A stretch of DNA of 64,000 nt, from positions 14,408-78,407 of the forward strand of contig CAZBTA010000001.1 of the NCBI GenBank assembly GCA_964494515.1, given 5' to 3'. A model generated the notes under the pieces. The model was not told where the DNA came from and did not search any database. It was given only the letters and a program-made list of their open reading frames with translations. A program made the translations under genes and the position numbers. This document shows positions 57,364-64,000 of this stretch, piece by piece. The DNA comes from an uncultured Bryobacter sp. (GTDB taxonomy: Bacteria > Acidobacteriota > Terriglobia > Bryobacterales > Bryobacteraceae). The first letter of the stretch is position 1. Each line of letters begins with the position of its first letter.

Positions 57364-58665
57364 ATGGCATTGATTGAAGGTTGCCGGCATGAGCTGGAAG
57401 TAACCGTTGGAGTCCTCGAAATCGCTGAAGCCACCGAGCGGGTCCTCGCCCGCATCCAGGCCAAGGCCCATCTGCCCGGTTTCCGTCCCGGCAAGGCGCC
57501 GCTGAGCGTCATCCGCAACCGCTTCCAGAACGAGATCCAGCAGGACATCCTCGAAGAAGTCATCCCCAAGGCGCTCAACGCCCGCTTCGCCGAAGAAAAG
57601 CTCGCCGTCGTTGGCCAACCCAACATCGTCGACCTCAAGTTCGAGCCCAATCAGCCCATGGTCTTCAAGGCTCAGTTTGAAGTCCACCCCGAGTTTGATC
57701 TTGGCGCCTACAAGGGTCTCGAAGTCGAATACGCCGATCCCGAAGTCACCGACAAGGACATCGAAGACCGCATCGAGCAGCTCCGCGAATCGAAGGCCGA
57801 ATACATCAACATCGACCCCCGCCCCGCCGAGAACGGCGACTTCGTCGTCGTCGGCCTCGAGTCCGGCGATGGCCTCGAAGGCGAGCCCATCAAGAATCCC
57901 GAAATGATGATCCAGCTCGGCGACCCCGACACGCTCCCCGCCTTCAGCGAAGGCCTCCTCGGCCTCACCCCCGGCGAGAACAAGGACATCAGCGTCACCT
58001 ACCCTGAGGATTACGGCCAGGAGCGCCTCGCCGGCAAGACCGTCACCTTCGACGTCGAGCTCAAGCACATCCGCCGTAAAGAGCTCCCCAACCTCGATGA
58101 CGACTTCGCGCAGTCGATGGGCGACTTCCGCACCTTCGACGAGTTCCGCGAGCAGGTCAAGGGCAGCATCCTTGCCGAGCGCTCCTACCGCGCTCAGGAA
58201 GAAGCCAAGTCCAAGCTCATCGAGTCGCTTGCCGAGGGCCACAGCTTCCCGGTCCCCCAGACCTACATCGACCGTCAGCTCCAGATCATGCTCGAGAACT
58301 ACGCTCGCTCGCTGCAGATGCAGGGCATCGATCCGCGCAAGCTCAACTTCGACATGGAGAAGTTCCGCGAGAGCCAGACCGAGCGCGCCACCCGTGACGT
58401 CCGCGCCACGCTGCTGCTCGACAAGATCGCTGAAGTCGAAAACGTCGAAGTCTCCAACGACGAAGTCGATCGCGAAGTCCAGCGCATCGCCCGCCAGGAG
58501 CGCGAGCCCGTTGCCGCTGTTCGCGTCAAGCTCGAGAAGGATGGCGGTCTCGATCGCATCGCCAACCGCATTCGTACCGACAAGGCGATCGGCCTGCTGT
58601 TTGAACACGCCCGCAAGGTCACCCCTGCCCCTGCGCCGGCTGCAGAAACCCCGTCTGAGAGCTAA
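57364..58665 (+). CDS. tig: Trigger factor
   Basis: 433 aa. The ribosome-binding signature is LPGFRPGKAPLSVI. A central FKBP-like region and a helical C-terminal domain are present. Confidence 0.9.
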   Translation: MALIEGCRHELEVTVGVLEIAEATERVLARIQAKAHLPGFRPGKAPLSVIRNRFQNEIQQDILEEVIPKALNARFAEEKLAVVGQPNIVDLKFEPNQPMVFKAQFEVHPEFDLGAYKGLEVEYADPEVTDKDIEDRIEQLRESKAEYINIDPRPAENGDFVVVGLESGDGLEGEPIKNPEMMIQLGDPDTLPAFSEGLLGLTPGENKDISVTYPEDYGQERLAGKTVTFDVELKHIRRKELPNLDDDFAQSMGDFRTFDEFREQVKGSILAERSYRAQEEAKSKLIESLAEGHSFPVPQTYIDRQLQIMLENYARSLQMQGIDPRKLNFDMEKFRESQTERATRDVRATLLLDKIAEVENVEVSNDEVDREVQRIARQEREPVAAVRVKLEKDGGLDRIANRIRTDKAIGLLFEHARKVTPAPAPAAETPSES

Positions 58666-58675
58666 GGAGATTTCC

Positions 58676-59998
58676 ATGTCTGAAGACTTTTCCCGTCGTG
58701 ACCTGCTGAAGACCACCGCCACGGCCGCCGCCATCAGCGCCGGCCCCGCTGTGCTTTCTTCCGCCGCCCAGAACAATCGCCTCCGCGTCGGCTGGATCGC
58801 CACCGGTATGCGTGGCGCTCACGTCATGAATCAGATGTACCTGTCCTCCAAGGACATGGTCGAAGTCGTTCACGTCTGCGACACCTACAAGGGCAACCTC
58901 GCCAAGGGCAAGGACATCGTCCAGACCAACGGCAAGAACACCCCCAAGACCTCTGTCGATTACCGCGACGTCATCAACGATCCCAACGTCGACGTCGTCT
59001 TCATCTGCTCGCCCGAACATCTCCACCACTCGATGGCCATGGCCGCTCTCAAGGCCAAGAAGCACATCTACCTCGAAAAGCCCATCGGCCACACCATCGA
59101 AGAAGGCGCCGAGATCGTCGCCCTCGCCGAAAAGATGGGCACCGTCGTCCAGATCGGCACGCAGAACCGCTCCAACAAGCTCTACATCCAGGCCAAGAAG
59201 ATGGTCGAGGACGGCTACATTGGCGAAGTCCACTACACGCGCGCCTTCTGGTATCGCAACTTCGATCAGACCGTCGACCCCGCCAAGGGCGTTCCCGCCG
59301 CCTGGCGCTACATCATCCCCGGCGACGCCTCGGCTGAGACCGCCGATTGGAAGCGCTTCCTCGAAACCGCCGAAAAGAAGAACATCCCCTTCTCCAAGGA
59401 ACGTTACTTCCAGTGGCGCAACTACTGGGATTACTCCGGCGGCATCTCCACTGACCTGCTTGTCCACCAGACCGACATCTCCAATTTCGTCGTCGGCGGC
59501 CAGATCAAGGTCGAACTGCCCACTTCCTGCATGGCCTCCGGCGGCATCTACCAGTGGGGCGGCAAGGACGATCGTGAAGTGCCCGATACCCTCAGCGCCC
59601 TTTACGAGTACCCCAACAAGTTCCACCTCAACTACAGCTGCTTCTTCGGCAACGACCAGTGGGGCTACGGCGAAGAGTTCATGGGCCAGAAGGGCACCAT
59701 CGAAGTCCGCGACCGTCAGAACCTCTTCTACACGCCGCAGCCCAAGTTCATCCGCAACGCGAAGTTCTCCGACAAGGCTCCCGTCGCCATGAACTACCTC
59801 AAGGACTTCAACCAGCCCGACGCCACCGCCGACCACGTCAAGAACTTCATCATGGCTGTTCTTGGCAAGGAAAAGGCTATCGCCCCGGCCCGCGCCGGTC
59901 AGGTCGCCGCCATCCCGGGTCACATGGCCACCCAGAGCTACAAGACCAAAAAGCCGGTCTATTGGGATACCAAGACCAACAAGCTCCGCATCGGCTAA
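58676..59998 (+). CDS. Gfo/Idh/MocA-family oxidoreductase with Tat signal
   Basis: The start is moved to MSEDFSRRDLLKTTATAAAISAG (AAGGAG 7 nt upstream). LRVGWIATGMRG is the Rossmann motif. EKP is present. The upstream part of track ORF 58097 lies in an alternate frame inside tig. Confidence 0.85.
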   Translation: MSEDFSRRDLLKTTATAAAISAGPAVLSSAAQNNRLRVGWIATGMRGAHVMNQMYLSSKDMVEVVHVCDTYKGNLAKGKDIVQTNGKNTPKTSVDYRDVINDPNVDVVFICSPEHLHHSMAMAALKAKKHIYLEKPIGHTIEEGAEIVALAEKMGTVVQIGTQNRSNKLYIQAKKMVEDGYIGEVHYTRAFWYRNFDQTVDPAKGVPAAWRYIIPGDASAETADWKRFLETAEKKNIPFSKERYFQWRNYWDYSGGISTDLLVHQTDISNFVVGGQIKVELPTSCMASGGIYQWGGKDDREVPDTLSALYEYPNKFHLNYSCFFGNDQWGYGEEFMGQKGTIEVRDRQNLFYTPQPKFIRNAKFSDKAPVAMNYLKDFNQPDATADHVKNFIMAVLGKEKAIAPARAGQVAAIPGHMATQSYKTKKPVYWDTKTNKLRIG

Positions 59999-60033
59999 AA
60001 CTATTTGGCCCGGTTTCAACCGGATTCACGCGA

Positions 60034-60072
60034 GTGCGCATGAAAGGCTTTTTCATGCGCACTTTGCTTTTG
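60034..60072 (+). terminator. Hairpin plus T-tract that also contains the start codon(s) of the next gene
   Basis: A 12-bp perfect stem GTGCGCATGAAA (60034-45) / TTTCATGCGCAC (60051-62) followed by TTTGCTTTTG. The ATGs at 60040 and 60055 sit in the two arms. Confidence 0.45.
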
Positions 60073-61545
60073 TGTCTCGTCCTCGCATCGGCTGTCTCCG
60101 CTCAGAATGCTGTCCTTGTTGGCAGCTACTTCTTCCAGAACACGTTCAACTCCCAACGCCCCGGCAGCCTGCCCCTCACCCCCGTCAATCCCTCCGGCTC
60201 CAACTCCTTCGTCACCGATACCGTCTTCGGCCAGCAGCGCGTTGTGTATGACGTCCGCGGCGCCGCCTCGCCCGATTCCGCCCAGGGCGGCCTCACCTGG
60301 CAGGGCAAAGGCCGCGTCCCGGTCGACAACTACTCGATGGAGATCATCTGCGCCGTCAGCGGCAGCGGCTGGCGTCGCATCCTCGATCTGCAGAACCGCC
60401 AGATCTCCGAAGGCCTCTACTTCGACCCCACCGGCTACATCAACTACTATTCCGGCCTCGGCGGCATCTTTGCTGGAGCCGTTCCCGCCAACACCTACGC
60501 CCACATCGTCCTCGTCAAACGTGGCACCTTCATCGCCATCTACCTCAATGGCAAGCTCGCCGATTCGCGCAACGACGCCACCGATTTCGGCACCATCAAG
60601 GCCCGTTACAACCCCGATCAGCTCGTCCATCTCTTCCTTGACGACAACTCCACCGCCGAGTGGGCCCCCTCGCGCGTTGCCCTCTTCCGCGCCTACTCGG
60701 GCGCCCTCACCGAGGCCGAGATCAAAGAGCTTGCCGCCACGCCTTTCACCTCAGTCATTGGCATTCCCAAGCCCGGCTTTCAAAGCTCCGGCATCGTCAA
60801 CTCCGCTTCTTACTCAAGCGCCAACGCCATATCTCCTGGCAGCTTCTTCTCGATCTTTGGCACCGATCTCGCCGACAATACGGGCGACTGGGGCCAGGCC
60901 TTCACCGGCAACACGGCTCCCCGCCGCCTCAACAACGTGCGCGTGCTGATCAACGATCAGGAAGCCTTCGTCGTCTTCACCAGCCCCGGCCAGGTCAACG
61001 CCCTCGCCCCTGACAACATCCCCGACGGCCCTGTCACGGTTGTGGTTGAGAACGGCCCCCAGTTGCGTAGCGCCGTCGTGCCCAGCACGGCCCGCCGCAT
61101 CAATCCCGCCGTCTTCCGCTTCAATGCCGAGAACAGCCGCTACCTCGCCTCAACCGCCAACGACGGCTCGGCCTACATTGCCCCCGCCAACCTGTTCGGC
61201 ACCGGCGGCAGCCTCAATGGCCTCGCGGTTCGTCCCGCGCGTCCCGGTGAGTTCGTCGTCCTCTATGCCACCGGCACCGGCCCCACCACGCCCGCTGTCC
61301 CCGCCGGCCAGATTCCCGCCGCGCGCAACGGTGGCTATCCGCTCGCCAACACCTCTGAGGTGCGCCTCACCGGCAATGGTCAGACAGTCACCGTGCGTCC
61401 CGCCTACGCGGGCCTCTCGGGCTTCCCCGGCCTCATCCAGATCGTCTTTGAGGTGCCCAACATCTCGACCGGCGACTACGAAACCACCATCGTCGTCAAC
61501 GGCCAATCCTCGCCCACCGGCGCATTTCTTCCCATCGCACGCTGA
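60055..61545 (+). CDS. Secreted LamG/concanavalin-like protein with two Soli_cterm (TIGR03437-like) Ig-like C-terminal domains
   Basis: Signal peptide MRTLLLCLVLASAVSAQ (alternative ATG at 60040). The LamG-like core is HIVLVKRGTFIAIYLNGKL. There are two repeats of IVNSASY...ISPGSFFSIFG... and ...PAYAGLSGFPGLIQIVFEVP, typical of the Solibacter C-terminal domain family. Confidence 0.75.
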   Translation: MRTLLLCLVLASAVSAQNAVLVGSYFFQNTFNSQRPGSLPLTPVNPSGSNSFVTDTVFGQQRVVYDVRGAASPDSAQGGLTWQGKGRVPVDNYSMEIICAVSGSGWRRILDLQNRQISEGLYFDPTGYINYYSGLGGIFAGAVPANTYAHIVLVKRGTFIAIYLNGKLADSRNDATDFGTIKARYNPDQLVHLFLDDNSTAEWAPSRVALFRAYSGALTEAEIKELAATPFTSVIGIPKPGFQSSGIVNSASYSSANAISPGSFFSIFGTDLADNTGDWGQAFTGNTAPRRLNNVRVLINDQEAFVVFTSPGQVNALAPDNIPDGPVTVVVENGPQLRSAVVPSTARRINPAVFRFNAENSRYLASTANDGSAYIAPANLFGTGGSLNGLAVRPARPGEFVVLYATGTGPTTPAVPAGQIPAARNGGYPLANTSEVRLTGNGQTVTVRPAYAGLSGFPGLIQIVFEVPNISTGDYETTIVVNGQSSPTGAFLPIAR

Positions 61546-61594
61546 TTGGCGGCGCTCATGCGCCTCCCAGTCCGTTCTGCAACATTTCTCCCTG

Positions 61595-61627
61595 GCCCCC
61601 TCAAGCGCTGATCGATAATGAGGGGGC
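61595..61627 (+). promoter_or_regulatory. Hairpin sequestering the Shine-Dalgarno of the LytS-type kinase gene
   Basis: A 9-bp stem GCCCCCTCA (61595-603) / TGAGGGGGC (61619-27). The 3' arm contains GAGGGGG, 2-8 nt before the ATG at 61629. Confidence 0.35.
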
Positions 61628-61628
61628 A

Positions 61629-62690
61629 ATGGGCAGGTTCCGCGCAGTTTGGCTCCCCCTGGTGGGGTGGACGGTGATGGGTCTCCTGTTCGCACTGCCA
61701 GATCTCCAGGGCAGCCTGCCGTGGCACCGCGCCATTCTCCGCTCCATGACTTCCTGGTGGGCCTGGGGTATTGTCGCCTGGCTCATGGTCATCGTGGATA
61801 GTCGTCTGCCGGTTGCCCCCAATCAGCTCGGCTCGCGCATCGTCTGGCATCTGCCCCTCAGCATCGCTTTCACCATCCTCTACGCTTACCTCATGTCCGC
61901 CCTCGCGGCCCTGCTGGGCAACGGCGATTTCCGGGCTGTCTTTACCACCGCCATCCTGCTGCGCGCCATGCAGGGCATGCTGCTCTGGAGTCTGCTTGTC
62001 TACTGGATGATTCTCGGCGGCTGGCTCGCCAAACAGTATTACCAGCGCTACCTTTCAAGCGAGCTCCAGCGCGAACGTATGGAGCGCCTCACCACCGAGG
62101 CCCGTATGCACGCCCTCCGCCTCCAACTCGATCCTCACTTTCTGTTCAACACCCTCAACACGATTTCCTCCCAGGTCGAAAGCGACCCCAAGCTCGCCCG
62201 CGCCATGATCGAACACCTCGGCAACCTCCTCCGCATGAGCCTCGAGTCCAACGACAAGCAACATGTGCCGCTCACCGAAGAGCTCAATTTCCTCGACCAC
62301 TACCTCGCCATCCAGCGCATCCGCTTTGGCGCCCGTCTCCGTGTCGAACAGGTCATCGCCGATCCCGCGCGCCAGGCCCTCGTGCCCTCCATGCTCATCC
62401 AGCCCCTGGTCGAGAATTCCATCCGTCACGGCTTGTCCATGCGTGCCGCTGGCGGCTCCGTAAAGATCATCGCCGCCGTTTCTGGCCGCGAGCTCCGTGT
62501 CCTCGTCGAAGACGATGGCGCTGGCCTTGCCGCCAATCACCGCGAGGGTCGCGGCCTCTCCGTCACTCGCCAGCGCCTTTCTGGCTTCTACCCCGCTGGC
62601 CAGAGCTCCCTTTCCGTTGCGCCGCGCGAAAAGGGCGGCGTGCGAGTCGAAATCATCCTCCCCCTCGTCTATGCAAGTGATGCAACCTAA
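61629..62690 (+). CDS. LytS/YehU-type sensor histidine kinase
   Basis: 353 aa. TM segments are followed by LQLDPHFLFNTLNTISS (His_kinase PF06580 signature) and an HATPase_c domain (LVENSIRHG, DDGAGL). Confidence 0.88.
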   Translation: MGRFRAVWLPLVGWTVMGLLFALPDLQGSLPWHRAILRSMTSWWAWGIVAWLMVIVDSRLPVAPNQLGSRIVWHLPLSIAFTILYAYLMSALAALLGNGDFRAVFTTAILLRAMQGMLLWSLLVYWMILGGWLAKQYYQRYLSSELQRERMERLTTEARMHALRLQLDPHFLFNTLNTISSQVESDPKLARAMIEHLGNLLRMSLESNDKQHVPLTEELNFLDHYLAIQRIRFGARLRVEQVIADPARQALVPSMLIQPLVENSIRHGLSMRAAGGSVKIIAAVSGRELRVLVEDDGAGLAANHREGRGLSVTRQRLSGFYPAGQSSLSVAPREKGGVRVEIILPLVYASDAT

Positions 62691-63456
62691 GCGCGCCCCC
62701 TTGCGCGTCCTCGTCGTCGATGACGAGGCCCCCGCTCGCCAACGCCTCATCGACCTCCTGCGCAAAGACTCGGGCATCGGCTCCATCCACGAGGCTAGCG
62801 ATGGCCAGATGGCGATCGCCGCCATCCGTGCCCTCAAGCCCGACGTCGTCTTCCTCGACGTGCAAATGCCCGAGACCAGTGGCCTCGGTGTGGTTGCCGC
62901 CGTTGGCGCCAGCGCCATGCCGCTCACGATCTTCGTTACTGCCTACGATCAGCATGCCGTCGCCGCCTTCGAGGCCAACGCCCTCGATTACCTGCTCAAG
63001 CCCTATAGCGACGAACGCTTCGAGAGCACCATGCTCCGGCTCATGTCGCGTCTTGAGGAGCGGGGCATTGGCGAGTTTGGCGCGAGCGTCCTGCGCATGA
63101 TCCAGCCTCCGGCTGAAGGCACCCTCGACAAGCTCGTCATCAAGTCCGCCGGCGTCACCCGCTTTCTCGCCGTCTCCCAGATCGAGTGGATCGAAGCCGC
63201 CGGCGTCTATGTCACCATCCACTCCGCCGGCAAAGAGATCCTCCATCGCGCTTCCCTGTCCGAACTCGAAGCGCGTCTCGACTCTCGCCTCTTCATCCGC
63301 ATCCATCGCTCCGCCATCGTCAATCTCGAATCCGTCTCCCACCTCGAATCCGCCACTCACGGCGAATTCGAGGTCGTCCTCAAGAGCGGCGCGCGGGTGA
63401 AGCTCAGCCGCACCTGGCGCGCCCAACTCGAACAGCGTCTCGGCCAATCCCTCTAG
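62671..63456 (+). CDS. LytTR-family response regulator
   Basis: The start is moved to MQVMQPKRAPLRVLVVDDE (REC, with VFLDVQMP). The C-terminal LytTR domain contains IEWIEAAGVYVTIHSAGKEILHRASLSELEARL...FIRIHRSAIVNL. Overlaps the kinase stop. Confidence 0.88.
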   Translation: MQVMQPKRAPLRVLVVDDEAPARQRLIDLLRKDSGIGSIHEASDGQMAIAAIRALKPDVVFLDVQMPETSGLGVVAAVGASAMPLTIFVTAYDQHAVAAFEANALDYLLKPYSDERFESTMLRLMSRLEERGIGEFGASVLRMIQPPAEGTLDKLVIKSAGVTRFLAVSQIEWIEAAGVYVTIHSAGKEILHRASLSELEARLDSRLFIRIHRSAIVNLESVSHLESATHGEFEVVLKSGARVKLSRTWRAQLEQRLGQSL

Positions 63457-64000
63457 CGCGCAATCAGCCAGGCAATCACCTCCTGCATGAACACCGTGCT
63501 GTCCTTGCCCCAATACGTCGTCCGGGCGGCATCACGCGGTACTCCCGTCAGCCTCTCGCCGTTCGCCACCCCCAGAAACAGACTCGCCATTCCTTCGCCC
63601 ATCGCCACCACTCTTCCACCACCTTCCACCTTTTGATACGCCGCAAACGCCTGCCCCTGCTTGCCCTCCCTGTCCAGTTGAAACGCAAACGCCGTTCCCC
63701 CTTCAATCGCCCGCCCGCCGCTGTAAGGGATCTCCCGCGCCACGCGGTGAATCTCTCCCGCCACCGCGATCGCCCCGCAGTTATGCAGATACGGCGTATC
63801 CGGCGTAAGCTTCATTCCAAACGGCGCGATCACATCATTCACTCCGCTCGTCGCCAGCGGTTGTCGCAGCTCTTCATCCACCACCACCAGCAACGACCCA
63901 CCCGCCTTCACAAACCCGATCACCGCCTCCTTCTCCTCGCTGCTCATGCCCGTCATCGGCGCTCGCAGATACAGCAACTGCACGTTCTTCAGCGCCGTCG
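63453..64000 (-). CDS. Hypothetical protein (DUF4350-like feel), 5' end beyond the window
   Basis: The frame remains open to position 64000 upstream of the GTG used by the track (...TALKNVQLLYLRAPMTGMSSEEKEAVIGFVKAGGSLLVVVDEE...). The family guess is weak. Confidence 0.5.
   Translation of the reverse strand, partial: TALKNVQLLYLRAPMTGMSSEEKEAVIGFVKAGGSLLVVVDEELRQPLATSGVNDVIAPFGMKLTPDTPYLHNCGAIAVAGEIHRVAREIPYSGGRAIEGGTAFAFQLDREGKQGQAFAAYQKVEGGGRVVAMGEGMASLFLGVANGERLTGVPRDAARTTYWGKDSTVFMQEVIAWLIAR

Overview
High-GC (roughly mid-60s %) chromosomal segment. Its gene content looks like Acidobacteriota (Terriglobia or Solibacter-like): CarboxypepD_reg-type TonB receptor, acidobacterial VWFA-related protein, Soli_cterm (TIGR03437-like) domains, three PEP-CTERM proteins, a ToxR/CadC-TolB regulator and a DUF1800/DUF1501 pair. 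I call about 55 protein-coding genes. Most are housekeeping or envelope genes: smc, selB, lpxD, nnr, tsaE, acpP-fabF-etfBA, metK, tig, a Rieske/cytochrome b complex, an HME-type RND efflux operon and LytS/LytTR. I saw no rRNA, tRNA, CRISPR array, transposase or integrase. Many long ORFs in the supplied track are antisense shadow ORFs of a GC-rich genome and are rejected. All family assignments come from reading motifs, not from database searches. The loci I consider most worth follow-up, in order: (1) a mer-like operator/promoter driving a 29-aa peptide with 9 Cys (not in the ORF track) that is translationally coupled to a Hg-type MerR, with no merA, merT or merP nearby; (2) a membrane-anchored Amidase_2 peptidoglycan hydrolase translationally coupled to a MamK/ParM-like actin-fold ATPase; (3) immediately downstream, a tandem duplication encoding two 52-aa mini PEP-CTERM proteins that have essentially no passenger domain; (4) an isolated alpha/beta-hydrolase plus helical-protein cassette; (5) an RCK-gated K+ channel whose selectivity filter reads TVGYYE instead of TVGYGD.
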